From a virus, in IMG/VR virus record IMGVR_UViG_3300029305_003176: a stretch of DNA of 64,000 nucleotides; one strand, 5' to 3'. Below are positions 10,777 to 21,252 of the stretch, one piece after another. The notes beneath the pieces were generated by a model. It worked only from the letters and a program-made list of their open reading frames with translations. It had not been told where the DNA came from and did no database searches. The number at the start of each line of letters is the position of its first letter. The stretch's first letter is position 1. The translations under genes were made by a program, and so were the position numbers.

Positions 10777-12732
10777 TTAAAATGTAATGAATAAACTTGT
10801 TATAGTACCACCTAATTCAATAGAAATAAAGCTAGTATCGGACTCTCTTGTTATCTCAGCAGAAGAATCATTGCTTGAATATACCACCTTATCAAGATAA
10901 ATTCCACCTTCAAATTTTGCAAAACAAGATAAAAGTGTGTTATTATTAGATGTATAGCAAGTTAAATAAATCGGTATATATGCGTTTTGTTTTACGCCAC
11001 TATCCTCAAAATTACAATACTTATCAATCAACGCAGCAACATCACTATATTTAACACTAAATTTATTATTTGAAACTGTATATGGTAAGTCCATTACTTG
11101 TTTCTTTTTTGCCGTCTCACTTGCAATCTTACTACTGCTCCAAGTTGAATTAGTATTTGTTGATGAGTCATCAATTCTTCCCCAGTTACTCTCAGGAATT
11201 GAAATCATCTCACTTTTTCCAGCAGGTAAACTTGTAACCATTTCAGGTTTAGTAGTTGCACCACTTACTTTAATAGTACACCACTGTCTAATTTCCAAGT
11301 AATAACAACCATTAGTAGGATAGTAGTACAAACGTTGAATCTTATAATTAGGGTCAACTCCATCATACGCAGTATAATCTGTCGCACTATATGTAGTCCA
11401 ATCACCATAACTATATCTAACCAATTTAACAGATTTGTATGTGCCATCATCAGCCATACCAGTAATCTCAACTTTTCCTCCATATTGGTCTGAAATTACA
11501 ATAGGTTGGAACGTTGAAGAATTACCCAATGTTAATTTAAGCCACTGTGTACCACCTGCTGTACCGAATGTATATGCACCATATTTCTCATCAATTTTAG
11601 ATGATGAGTACGTTGAAGTTGTGGAAGATTTAGTGTCGTTTAAACAACCAATCTGTCTCCAACCACTCCAAGTATAAGTATTTCCATTATCATTAGACAT
11701 TCCGTAACGCATATAGATTAATCCATTTGCTGTGTCATCGTCATTGGTCATATAAGTTTGTGTAATTCGTATATATTGTGTATTATCATAATAGTTGTTA
11801 CTAATAATTACACCAATACGATTTACTGGTATATTTAAACAAGAATGCATAACACGATATATATGTAAACCATTTCCACTATCTATAACAGTATTAGCAT
11901 CCGTAAGTGATGCGTAATTTTTTGTTAATTTCTTAGCTAACTCATTACTCGTTTTCTGACTGCTCCAAACGGTTGAGTCTGAAACTTCGTCTTTGATTTC
12001 TGTGATTACTTTGCAATAGTCGGACATACGACAGAGTTCAGTACCTTGCATAGTGTCTACTAAAACAAATTCAGTTTCCAAATCCATGTAATATTCAGTG
12101 TTGATAGAAGGAACACGAATACTACCTGTTGCTAATGATGATTCTTGTTTAAAGTCTACATAAGCATATGCCATATTTTCTTCATCAACTGTAACTACAA
12201 GGTCAACATACTGGAAACCGTCAGCACAGTCTGCATATCCTCTGAATATATTATCTTTATCAGCACCATTTTTGAAGCTGACGGATAATGTGATTATGGA
12301 CTTTTTATCGGAAGATGTGTTACTTCCGAAAACACCTTCAAAGATATATGGCTCGTTCATTAAAAGTGTCTGATTAAGGTCAGATTTTCCTATTAAACAA
12401 TAGCGAGGTTCATTTACCCCATTACGTCTCATAGTAAATTTAATTTTGTTTAAGTCATCCTGTTTTGAAGAGATGTCTGTCTGTCGTCCATAAGATACGC
12501 CCTTATAATATAAATTTCCAGTGTCGTAACAATGAAAATCTCCCTCAAGTTTCTCTTGGTCAGTTAAGTTTTGGTATTCTTCCTCAGTGAGCGTTGTAAT
12601 ATTTGTACCGCCACCACCAAGCGTACTTAATTTTGTTTCTAAGTCTGTGCCATCGGCACATTCGATGGAATTTGCGAAAGCAACAGGAAAATCACCCATG
12701 CTTTGAAGCGAATCCACTAATTTAATACTCAT
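10777..12732 (-). CDS. Fibre/receptor-binding-like protein
   Basis: Three STxWSSxKI-type repeats and a knob-like segment (RITQTY...IYMRYG...WSGWRQI). Confidence 0.6.
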   Translation of the reverse strand: MSIKLVDSLQSMGDFPVAFANSIECADGTDLETKLSTLGGGGTNITTLTEEEYQNLTDQEKLEGDFHCYDTGNLYYKGVSYGRQTDISSKQDDLNKIKFTMRRNGVNEPRYCLIGKSDLNQTLLMNEPYIFEGVFGSNTSSDKKSIITLSVSFKNGADKDNIFRGYADCADGFQYVDLVVTVDEENMAYAYVDFKQESSLATGSIRVPSINTEYYMDLETEFVLVDTMQGTELCRMSDYCKVITEIKDEVSDSTVWSSQKTSNELAKKLTKNYASLTDANTVIDSGNGLHIYRVMHSCLNIPVNRIGVIISNNYYDNTQYIRITQTYMTNDDDTANGLIYMRYGMSNDNGNTYTWSGWRQIGCLNDTKSSTTSTYSSSKIDEKYGAYTFGTAGGTQWLKLTLGNSSTFQPIVISDQYGGKVEITGMADDGTYKSVKLVRYSYGDWTTYSATDYTAYDGVDPNYKIQRLYYYPTNGCYYLEIRQWCTIKVSGATTKPEMVTSLPAGKSEMISIPESNWGRIDDSSTNTNSTWSSSKIASETAKKKQVMDLPYTVSNNKFSVKYSDVAALIDKYCNFEDSGVKQNAYIPIYLTCYTSNNNTLLSCFAKFEGGIYLDKVVYSSNDSSAEITRESDTSFISIELGGTITSLFITF

Positions 12733-14135
12733 CAGTTATCTTCCTCGCTTTCTTCATTATTTTTATTATTAATAAAAGAGCCATCCGTAGCGAATGACTC
12801 TTTATATTTTTCTAATATTCTTTTTTGTTCTTCTTGTGAAAGGTCTAAAAATAAATCATAATACATCCAAGTTAATTTATTGCCATTTGGTAATATTCCC
12901 GTTTGACCAATTCCTTTTTTGCAAGCATTTAATATACTGCCAAAATGTATTTTAATTCCACAATTATTTGCTGCTTCTGTTGAATCTTTATAAACGGTGC
13001 TATAACTTAAACATATCATAGGTCGTTTTGTTTTAAATGTATGTTTTATTTCATAAATTTCTTCTGGTGTTTTGGTTAAATACTCGTCATAATACATCCA
13101 ATGCAATCCAAGTCCATCTTCACGATAGTATGTTATTCTACCAACATTTTGACAAGCACGAGAAATGGCAGAATGATATTTGTCATCAGTAGAATATTTT
13201 CTTTCTGCATCAGCAACGGATTCAAATATTTCTTCTGTTTCCAAACAGATAACAGAAGTATGATTATTATTCTCATTACAATAATCCATATATTTATTAA
13301 TATCTTCTTGAGTCATATTCATGTATTCGTCATACCATAAGAAATGATATCCATTTACAGATTTATATTTTTCAAGTTTATTACATACTTTGTATATGGG
13401 TGCTTTTGATTTGAATTTTAGTTCTCTACATATTTCAATCGCACTATTATATACAGTATCATTGTCAATGCAATATATCTTTTTTGCTGGTGTTATATCT
13501 ACATCACACTTCATTAATTCAATAGTCTTACCAAGCCATTCTTCAAATTGTTCTTTGGTATTACCTCCATAACCATAACAAGCGTGAAAATTTGAATGAC
13601 AATCAGAACAAAGAGTTATTCCGTTTGTTTCATCTGTACGTTTTTCAACACACCATTCATATCCGTCTAAGTGATGAACTTCAAAATTTGTTTCTCTATT
13701 CATTTTTCCACAACACTGACAAGTATAATCATCTCGTGCCAATACTCGTTTTATAAATTCAGTATATTCTGGATATTTTCTTTCAATTTTTCGTTCTTCA
13801 TCTGTCTTATTGAAATTCCATCTATTGCTATTCTTTCCACTATTAAAAAGTCTATTTCCACAAGGTTGACAATATGTTTTACCATCATGGTTAGTATCTA
13901 CATATGAACAATATTGCATACTTAATAATTTACCACAACAATCACATTCTGCTTCAACTCTTATCTTGCTTCCTTTTTGTAAATCGGCTACTCTAACTTT
14001 AATAGTAGTCCCTCTTTTAACCATCCATTTTCTATTATTCTCATTCCAATATTTAGGAAATTCATATCCTAAATTTTCAAAACGTTTTATATGACTACCA
14101 CAATTTATTTCAACTTCTTTTGTAATTAAACCCAT
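12732..14135 (-). CDS. Free-standing HNH endonuclease with Zn-ribbon and NUMOD1-like repeats
   Basis: RDDYTCQCCG...EVHHLDG...NGITLCSDCHSNFH. Confidence 0.85.
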   Translation of the reverse strand: MGLITKEVEINCGSHIKRFENLGYEFPKYWNENNRKWMVKRGTTIKVRVADLQKGSKIRVEAECDCCGKLLSMQYCSYVDTNHDGKTYCQPCGNRLFNSGKNSNRWNFNKTDEERKIERKYPEYTEFIKRVLARDDYTCQCCGKMNRETNFEVHHLDGYEWCVEKRTDETNGITLCSDCHSNFHACYGYGGNTKEQFEEWLGKTIELMKCDVDITPAKKIYCIDNDTVYNSAIEICRELKFKSKAPIYKVCNKLEKYKSVNGYHFLWYDEYMNMTQEDINKYMDYCNENNNHTSVICLETEEIFESVADAERKYSTDDKYHSAISRACQNVGRITYYREDGLGLHWMYYDEYLTKTPEEIYEIKHTFKTKRPMICLSYSTVYKDSTEAANNCGIKIHFGSILNACKKGIGQTGILPNGNKLTWMYYDLFLDLSQEEQKRILEKYKESFATDGSFINNKNNEESEEDN

Positions 14136-14198
14136 TCTATTTCATTCCTTTCTAAAAACAAATATTCTAATAATATATTTCTCCATAAGAAAAGAGAC

Positions 14199-14387
14199 TT
14201 AGGTTGGTTTCCTAAGTCTCCATTCATCTAAGCATTTTCCCAATTCTTCTGTTCTGATATATATCCACATAGTCTTATGACTTTTTTCATTTAAAGCACA
14301 TACTTCATAAGCAATACCTTGATTTGTTAAAAAATCTCTAAGTGGAATACTAAAACAACAAAAGAGTTTACTATTTTCATTCTTCAA
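14199..14387 (-). CDS. Small hypothetical protein (DUF5659-like)
   Basis: FCCFSIPLRDFL...TMWIYIRTEEL; RBS present. Confidence 0.55.
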   Translation of the reverse strand: MKNENSKLFCCFSIPLRDFLTNQGIAYEVCALNEKSHKTMWIYIRTEELGKCLDEWRLRKPT

Positions 14388-14411
14388 TTAACATTCTTCT
14401 TTCTATAATAT

Positions 14412-16448
14412 TTATTTCACCTCTGCCACAAATGAACCTAATCCACTATTGCTAAATCTTGAAATAGTATAGGAACTTACATGACCAGATGAGTTAGTGT
14501 GGCTAACAACTGCAACTTCTTCAACTGAACTTTGGAATCCGTTAACCCAAGCAGAAGTCACTTTCATATTTGTTGGTGTAGCAAAGTACGCATACTCACC
14601 ACTTCCACAGTTGAAGTTGTATGACATCTTGTTGCTTGCTGTTAATTTCTTATTTCCCAAAGCTAAGATGAAGTCGTTGTTATATTCACTCTCTGTACAA
14701 CATCCATAATAGATAGGGTAGAGGAAACTAATTTTCTTAGTAGCAGTAGTAATACCGCCTTCATTTCCTGACCCGTCACTTGCTGTGAGAACGTAGCTCT
14801 TAGTATTCTGCAAAGTAGCAACAGTGCTTTCTCTGTCATCTGCAACAATAGTGCAATCAGTAAGTGTCTGTGTTTTAATATCTTTGCTATAACTCCATGA
14901 GAATGCAATATCTGTAAGAACAGTACCGATTTCATGGGTGTCTGCAACATTACAAGTAAACGAAGTAATCTTTAATGCTTCATAATTGATTTTGTCTAAG
15001 ATATTCTTTAAAGCAAGTGATACATTTGTCAAATCAGGATAATCCTCATTTTCATATGCAACCTTGTCGGCAGTACCACCTAATTCAATAGGGTCAGTGT
15101 AACCGATAGAACCATCTTCTCTAACGGATAATACTTTACCTGCCTCATCAACTGACTGTGTAGCATCAAACTTCTTATCCAATTCCGTCTTCACAACTTT
15201 TGTCTGTGGAGCAGAAGAGGAAGTAAGGTTTAATTCTTCATCGTAATTCGCAAGAGCAACATTACCCAAAGAGTCAGTTACAAGGTGTTTATTTGCAATA
15301 TCATCGCCACTAAAAGTTTTATCCAGTTTAGTGTTAATTTTCTCATTAAGGATTCTTCCTTGATTTGCAGATAATGCACTTGTCAAACTTGAACTTTCTA
15401 CAGAGTCAAGAATAGCGTCACCACTAATTTTACTGTCAATGTCTGTTTGCAAATATGTTTCAAGTGCTTGTAATGCTTCAACATTAGGAATCTTTGTAGT
15501 ATCTGCACCATCAAATGTAGAAACAACATCTTTAGATTTAGATACGAAATCTTCAAAATTAGTCTCGCCAGCACTTACAATGTCCTGTACCGTTACACTG
15601 TTATCAGTACTATCCACAATAAAGATAGTCTGCATTAACTTATCATCTTGTGTATAATAGAACCATGTGCTTGTCTCGTTTGTTGTATAAGCTTCACCAT
15701 CTTTGAGATAGGTTATGGTAATTTCACCATTCCCTGCGTCAAAATAACTTGGTTTTGAATCACAATTTATGGCTGCATTGTCTGACATTTCAGAAATTCT
15801 TTGGTCAACATAAGCCTTTGCATCTTTGAGCGTATTACTTGATGCTTTTTTTATGCTTCCTGATACAGAACTATCGCCATTGATAATAGCAATAGCATCT
15901 TCGTTAGCAGTAACACGCTCACTCAAAGAAGTATTAGCAGTATCACACACATTCTTAATTTCTACAATCGCACCACTTAAAGTTTGGTCATTCGTAGTGA
16001 GAGGTGTGTTACCCATAGCAGTTTGAATATCTGCAATCTGTGCTTCTGTTGTAGAAATATGTGTCTGAACTTGTGTATCATCGTAGTTCTCCAATGACGC
16101 AAGTTTCTCTTTTTCAAGAGTTGTAAAATCATTTGTAGAAAGACCTTTACCGTCTTCCTTTGCAACATAACCCTCTAAGAGAGTATCTGTTTCAGTTTTC
16201 TTATAATAATCAATGAGACTTGAAGAACCACCAGATTCTACCAATCTCCATTTACCTAAATTTTCGTCAACAATATTACTTCTGTTGTATCTATATCTAT
16301 TACCATCCTCAACAACATTACATTCATAAATATCTGGGAGGTAATTTTCATTGAATGCAACCATCTCATCAATCGTATTAAATAAAGAACGCACATTATC
16401 TGCTTTCTTACCGAGATATGAGATGTTATCTAACATTGATACACTCAT
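14412..16448 (-). CDS. Fibre/decoration-like virion protein
   Basis: DGKGLSTNDFTTLEKEKL and ALSANQGRILNEKI phage-fibre motifs; C-terminal domain related to 16464-17690. Confidence 0.6.
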   Translation of the reverse strand: MSVSMLDNISYLGKKADNVRSLFNTIDEMVAFNENYLPDIYECNVVEDGNRYRYNRSNIVDENLGKWRLVESGGSSSLIDYYKKTETDTLLEGYVAKEDGKGLSTNDFTTLEKEKLASLENYDDTQVQTHISTTEAQIADIQTAMGNTPLTTNDQTLSGAIVEIKNVCDTANTSLSERVTANEDAIAIINGDSSVSGSIKKASSNTLKDAKAYVDQRISEMSDNAAINCDSKPSYFDAGNGEITITYLKDGEAYTTNETSTWFYYTQDDKLMQTIFIVDSTDNSVTVQDIVSAGETNFEDFVSKSKDVVSTFDGADTTKIPNVEALQALETYLQTDIDSKISGDAILDSVESSSLTSALSANQGRILNEKINTKLDKTFSGDDIANKHLVTDSLGNVALANYDEELNLTSSSAPQTKVVKTELDKKFDATQSVDEAGKVLSVREDGSIGYTDPIELGGTADKVAYENEDYPDLTNVSLALKNILDKINYEALKITSFTCNVADTHEIGTVLTDIAFSWSYSKDIKTQTLTDCTIVADDRESTVATLQNTKSYVLTASDGSGNEGGITTATKKISFLYPIYYGCCTESEYNNDFILALGNKKLTASNKMSYNFNCGSGEYAYFATPTNMKVTSAWVNGFQSSVEEVAVVSHTNSSGHVSSYTISRFSNSGLGSFVAEVK

Positions 16449-16463
16449 TTAATTATCTCCTTT

Positions 16464-17690
16464 CTATGAAAATTTCAATGTAATTCCACTAGCTGCGGAA
16501 GGGTCAATCTGTATATAAACTGCATAGTCATAACCATTAATCTTAACAGTTACAGATGAAAAACTATTTGTATAACTTAAAGCATTTACAGGGTCTAAGA
16601 TTGTAGTGATATTACCGAGCATTTTTGGTACAGCTACACAAACCTTTCCCCAATCAGTTGTAATTCCTTCATAAGTAAATACCTTTGTATTCTGTAACTT
16701 AGAACTAAGAGTCTTAATCATTGCTTCTGTAGGTTCACCTGTTTCTGCATCCACAATTCCATAGTAAATCACAGGATAAAATTCAATCTTCTTAGTGATA
16801 GTAGAAGATAATCCTTCTTTATCTGTTACAACGACTTTGATTGTAGAAGTTTCTTTAATCTCAGTATTGTGAATATAAGGGAATGAACCACCTGATGCAC
16901 AAGAAGTATTTTCCTTTACCTCAACGTCATTGATAAAGTATTCAATCTTCGCAACATCATAAGTCTGTTTAGTAACTGTTGCGTTGATAGTAAGAGAAGA
17001 AATGCTTTCAGTAACAATGTCGTATAATGTCTTTGAAGGAGAGATACTTAATGTTACCTTTGGTGCAATCTTTTCAGTAAGCATATCTCTGATAATCTCT
17101 TCAAGAGGCGTTCCCTTTGGATAAGAACTCTTTAATGTACCCATCTGAACATTTGGTGTCAATGGTGCTTCTAATTCTGAGTCTGTCTTAACCATGAGTT
17201 TGTCCAATGCGCCCTTTACATTATTGATAGTAGCATCTACATTATTTTCATATTCAAGAGTATCTACATTGATATCCATTGCTTTATCTAATGCGCCTTT
17301 CACATTAGTAATAGAAGCATCTTTTGTAGTTGTATATTCTAAGTTGTTAACGCCAATATTCATTGCTTTATCTAAAGCATTCTTTACATTCTTAACTGTT
17401 ACATCTTTACTTGTTGTATAAGCAATATTAGTAGTTTCAATTACTAATGGGTCAGTAGTTTTTTCAGTACCATCTGACATCTCACAAGTAATTGTATTAT
17501 CTGAATTTAAAACTATATTCTCAATTGATATACCATCGGCAGGAGTAGGAACTGTAACCGACACCTCTTCGCCAGTTTCATTAATAGTAAAATATACGGT
17601 AGTTCCTTCTACACGCATATTTCCAATACCAAGGGCAACTTGGTTTGTATAGTTCTTACCAGAGCCTAATGTTATAATATTTAATCCCAT
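16464..17690 (-). CDS. Fibre/decoration-like virion protein with three internal 28-aa repeats
   Basis: Y..(K/V)D..(I/V).NVK.ALDK repeated three times; Ig-like C-terminal region. Confidence 0.6.
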   Translation of the reverse strand: MGLNIITLGSGKNYTNQVALGIGNMRVEGTTVYFTINETGEEVSVTVPTPADGISIENIVLNSDNTITCEMSDGTEKTTDPLVIETTNIAYTTSKDVTVKNVKNALDKAMNIGVNNLEYTTTKDASITNVKGALDKAMDINVDTLEYENNVDATINNVKGALDKLMVKTDSELEAPLTPNVQMGTLKSSYPKGTPLEEIIRDMLTEKIAPKVTLSISPSKTLYDIVTESISSLTINATVTKQTYDVAKIEYFINDVEVKENTSCASGGSFPYIHNTEIKETSTIKVVVTDKEGLSSTITKKIEFYPVIYYGIVDAETGEPTEAMIKTLSSKLQNTKVFTYEGITTDWGKVCVAVPKMLGNITTILDPVNALSYTNSFSSVTVKINGYDYAVYIQIDPSAASGITLKFS

Positions 17691-17702
17691 TTAGACACCT
17701 CC

Positions 17703-17906
17703 TTATACATCCCACCACTTATGATTTTCTTCATCATAAATGTAGGCTTTCTTGGTGTCCATTTCATAAAATGTACTTGAATTTCCGATTAAATTATTTC
17801 CGAATTTTTCAATTGGTTTTTCATCTGTTGATAAGCCATATAATTCCATCCATACACGGTTTTGCTTATCTCCATATTTATTAAGTGTTATCATAGCAAA
17901 CCTCAC
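17703..17906 (-). CDS. Small conserved phage protein
   Basis: ELYGLSTDEKP...NSSTFYEMDT...YDEEN..W motif. Confidence 0.6.
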   Translation of the reverse strand: MRFAMITLNKYGDKQNRVWMELYGLSTDEKPIEKFGNNLIGNSSTFYEMDTKKAYIYDEENHKWWDV

Positions 17907-17945
17907 TTTCTTTAGCGTATTGGAAAGATAGTGGCTATATATAAT

Positions 17946-17975
17946 AAAGGAGCCTTGTTGTACAAGACTCCTTTT
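17946..17975. terminator. Hairpin, possibly bidirectional terminator
   Basis: AAAGGAG(C)CTTG-loop-CAAG(A)CTCCTTTT. Confidence 0.45.
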
Positions 17976-17978
17976 ATT

Positions 17979-18167
17979 TTAAATATTTAATATATTGGTA
18001 TAAATTCCACCAAATTGTTCAACATCGAACTTTAATTTCTTTCCATCATTTAAAAATATGTATTCACCCGGTATTTGAGATGGAAGCTCTGTGTACTGTT
18101 CGTATCTGAGCTTGTGAGCCGTCTCTTTATGGGTTACTCTTATAAATTTCATATCTCTATTATCCAT
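17979..18167 (-). CDS. Small hypothetical protein
   Basis: 62 aa with AGGAG RBS. Confidence 0.6.
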   Translation of the reverse strand: MDNRDMKFIRVTHKETAHKLRYEQYTELPSQIPGEYIFLNDGKKLKFDVEQFGGIYTNILNI

Positions 18168-18249
18168 ATCCGTGTTCTCCTTTTATATAATATATTGCTA
18201 TTATATATGAAATAATATTTTAATCAAGGTAATAAAACAAAATTATTTT

Positions 18250-19446
18250 TTAAGATGCTTTTACACCTTGAGTTATTATTTTTGATTTGTCTGGTTGGTT
18301 AGGGTCGTCTGCATAGTACCATTTGTAGCCGTAAGCTGTTTTTTGTATGCCAGCAACACATCTTGAAATTCCTGTAGAAATTGAATTAAGTTTTTTAACA
18401 TCATCATTCACATGTCTTGCTCCATCCGCAATAGATATATATGTAGTAATAAAATTATCATTTAAATCATAGCAATTGCATAGTTTAGTATCTGAACGCT
18501 GCAACTGCTTACTATATATATCATCTCCATGAAAACGACAATAATATCCATGTATTGTAAGTAATTTATTCTTTGGATTACATGCGTCCATAACCATATC
18601 AGAACGACATCCTAAAAAATTACCACACTTTGTAGAATTAAAAAATGTATCTACAAAATTTAAATTTGAATCATATAAATCTATTTTAGGTCTATACTCT
18701 CTTTTCTCATAACCTTTGTAATTATATTCTGGAAAATTAGACCACCAAAATCCATACGCAGTTTTATGTTCCTTATTTAGAACATCCGAAATATACCCGT
18801 CATTTCTTCCAAATGCTTGATTTGCTTCGACACAACTTGTATAATAACCAACAATCTGTTCTGTTTCTAATGAAAATTGATAAATATCTTGAAAATTATA
18901 TGGCGTATAATCATATTTATCTATTGGATCACCACTGTTTCTAAATACATATGTATTTTTATAATTTCGTGTATGCCCGTATATTATATTAGTAATTGAT
19001 TTTATGGATATATTTAATGTTTCTGAGGCTTCGACTCTTGTTCGAAAATTAAACAATAATATACCATCCATATCATATACATCAACGGGTTGACCTTGCC
19101 CAATCTTGTTGTTCCCACCATCATCAATATTATATCCACCACAAAGTATTGAAGTATGCAGCTCTTCAATATATTTTATTTCTAATTCATTTAAAACCGA
19201 TGTTAAATTATCTTTAGATGTAAAAGATACAACATCTATTGTTTCAACAGAAAAATTATCACGTCCATACTTGCGTATTGCGGCATCAATTCCTGTCAAA
19301 GAAGGTTTATTAATAGCATCAGAGTAGTGAGCTATCCATCTTTTTTGAACAGTTTGTGTTGTTTGTCCAACATATTTCTTACTATTTATTAAATTGGTTA
19401 TAAGATAAATATAGCCTTCGTATTCATTTGTATTTTTATTAAACAT
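18250..19446 (-). CDS. Free-standing GIY-YIG homing endonuclease with NUMOD1 repeats
   Basis: GYIYLITNLINSKKYVGQT; KTAYGYKW-type repeats; ATG 19446 after GGAGG. Confidence 0.88.
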   Translation of the reverse strand: MFNKNTNEYEGYIYLITNLINSKKYVGQTTQTVQKRWIAHYSDAINKPSLTGIDAAIRKYGRDNFSVETIDVVSFTSKDNLTSVLNELEIKYIEELHTSILCGGYNIDDGGNNKIGQGQPVDVYDMDGILLFNFRTRVEASETLNISIKSITNIIYGHTRNYKNTYVFRNSGDPIDKYDYTPYNFQDIYQFSLETEQIVGYYTSCVEANQAFGRNDGYISDVLNKEHKTAYGFWWSNFPEYNYKGYEKREYRPKIDLYDSNLNFVDTFFNSTKCGNFLGCRSDMVMDACNPKNKLLTIHGYYCRFHGDDIYSKQLQRSDTKLCNCYDLNDNFITTYISIADGARHVNDDVKKLNSISTGISRCVAGIQKTAYGYKWYYADDPNQPDKSKIITQGVKAS

Positions 19447-19460
19447 AATTTCCTCCAATC

Positions 19461-19489
19461 AAAAAAGAGCCGATATATAATCGACTCTT
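19461..19489 (-). terminator. Intrinsic terminator after portal gene
   Basis: AAGAGTCGAT-loop-ATCGGCTCTTTTTT. Confidence 0.65.
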
Positions 19490-19494
19490 GTAAT

Positions 19495-19565
19495 TGAAGG
19501 CAGAGATAGGAGAGCGTAAACCGTCCTATATTAACTCTTTACCGGATTCTCCATCCGACCTATAT
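19495..19565 (-). repeat. 71-nt structured element, copy 1 (upstream of GIY-YIG gene)
   Basis: 63/71 identical to 25873-25943. Confidence 0.9.
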
Positions 19566-19571
19566 TTCTAT

Positions 19572-21137
19572 TTAATTATTTTTATCTCTTTTTGCCTCAC
19601 TAGCTTCTGATTCGTCCGTAGGTGTTTCATTCTTAGGTCTACCACCAGTTTCTTCATCGCCGGTTGCACTGCCAGACTGAGTATGTGTAGATTGTAATGG
19701 AACAAATAAAGTTCCAAGATTTAAGCATGATTCCTCTAAGAAATTTAAAGAAATTGTGTCTTTAGCACTGAATCCATTACAAGCATTATATAGCAACTTT
19801 GTAGGCAATCCATATTCAGCAGACTTAAGTAAACTTTCTTGGAAATCCTTCTTTGTGTATACTGAAACAGGGAAGAATTTTATCTTACCTGGATTCTTAA
19901 TTTGATAACTCACAAAACGTTGTACAAAAGATTCAATCTGTGGAAGAATCGAACTAATAGCAAATTCTGTGTTTGCAATCATCGCATTTTGAAGTCCTGT
20001 TGAACCAGTAATGTTGCTTCCAATTAATAATTCAGAACCACCACTTGTATCAAGAATAGCAGTAGTAGCCTTCTGTAAACGATTAACGTCTGTTGTTGCA
20101 TCATTATCAAATGATATTGTTTTTAATTCCTTACCCGGAATTACTGCACTAGATGTATAATCAGGAATAGCACCAGAATCTAACATTCTATTAAAATAAT
20201 CCAATACGAGATCAGGTGAAACCATCCAGTCATCAACATCCTCGCCAATAGTATCCATAGGTAAGTAAACTAACTTATACACCTGTTGTTCATCACTAAT
20301 TGCTTGAATTTCAGCAAGATCCAGGAGAGAGATAAGATCTAAGAACATTGCACAGAATGGGGGAATAACGACATCAAAATCTTCATTACGAAACTTTAAG
20401 CAAAAAGCTGAAGTATCTTCAAAATGTTGCCATTTTTCTCCACTATTTTGATAAGCATTATACATATCTGTTAATGGCGAACCGAGTGCTTCCAATACAT
20501 CTTGCCTACTACGCCAATAAGTCATATCCATAGCAAAACTAAAATCACCCGTACTGTAACGACCATCAATTCTACAGTAGTCAGGGTCAAGATTCATTAA
20601 AAACAATCCTGTCTCATCGTAGAATACACAGTAATAAGCAACGTCCTCTCTTAAAGCCATAAGAATAGCAGCAAGCATTTCTCTCTGCAATCCCATTCTA
20701 TCTACAATATCAACTGTTTCATTAAATGATTTTAAAGTCTTTGTAGCATCTCCACCTTTTACTAAATCATATTCTGGTATAACAGAACGCACATCTAAAC
20801 AAAAACAGTTTGCAAAGAACTTTAATAATCTAAAATAAATATGAGAACGATAGAAGAGGTATCTTGATAAACCTCTTAAGTTCTTTTCATTTGAACCAGG
20901 TGATTTTAAATAATTTCGCACTGAATCCTTGCTAAAACTAGAAATATTTCTTGTACTCGTCTTATTTACATCTCTTAAATATTTCATGCCTTCTATCTGT
21001 GCAATTTCATATCTTTGCAGTGCATCTAATCTATCCTTATTCTTCTCATAAAATTCTTTGACTTCAGCCACAGTAGGCTGTTTCTTTTCAGAAGGTGCAG
21101 TAGTAGTCACCTCAGTTTTTTTCATTTTTTGTGCCAT
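19572..21137 (-). CDS. Portal protein
   Basis: 521 aa directly after large terminase; C-terminal VPLQSTHTQS...GGRP signature of SPbeta-type portals. Confidence 0.85.
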   Translation of the reverse strand: MAQKMKKTEVTTTAPSEKKQPTVAEVKEFYEKNKDRLDALQRYEIAQIEGMKYLRDVNKTSTRNISSFSKDSVRNYLKSPGSNEKNLRGLSRYLFYRSHIYFRLLKFFANCFCLDVRSVIPEYDLVKGGDATKTLKSFNETVDIVDRMGLQREMLAAILMALREDVAYYCVFYDETGLFLMNLDPDYCRIDGRYSTGDFSFAMDMTYWRSRQDVLEALGSPLTDMYNAYQNSGEKWQHFEDTSAFCLKFRNEDFDVVIPPFCAMFLDLISLLDLAEIQAISDEQQVYKLVYLPMDTIGEDVDDWMVSPDLVLDYFNRMLDSGAIPDYTSSAVIPGKELKTISFDNDATTDVNRLQKATTAILDTSGGSELLIGSNITGSTGLQNAMIANTEFAISSILPQIESFVQRFVSYQIKNPGKIKFFPVSVYTKKDFQESLLKSAEYGLPTKLLYNACNGFSAKDTISLNFLEESCLNLGTLFVPLQSTHTQSGSATGDEETGGRPKNETPTDESEASEAKRDKNN

Positions 21138-21167
21138 TACGCACCTCCTTGTATTTTTATATTAAAT

Positions 21168-21208
21168 GACCCACCGTGGTACGCATTACTAAGAGGCGTG
21201 GTGGGTTC
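21168..21208 (-). ncRNA. Orphan structured RNA resembling the abiF RNA motif
   Basis: GAACCCACCACGCCUCUUAGUAAUGCGUACCACGGUGGGUC: 7-bp outer stem, 4-bp inner stem, ACCAC bulge; family assignment is from recollection. Confidence 0.5.
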
Positions 21209-21252
21209 TGTTCAAAAATTTATGTAGGTAAATTATTTATTTTTACCTATGT

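Noticed and set aside
10777-17690. Diversity-generating retroelement targeting fibre genes
   Set aside because: No reverse transcriptase and no TR/VR pair differing at adenines seen in the window
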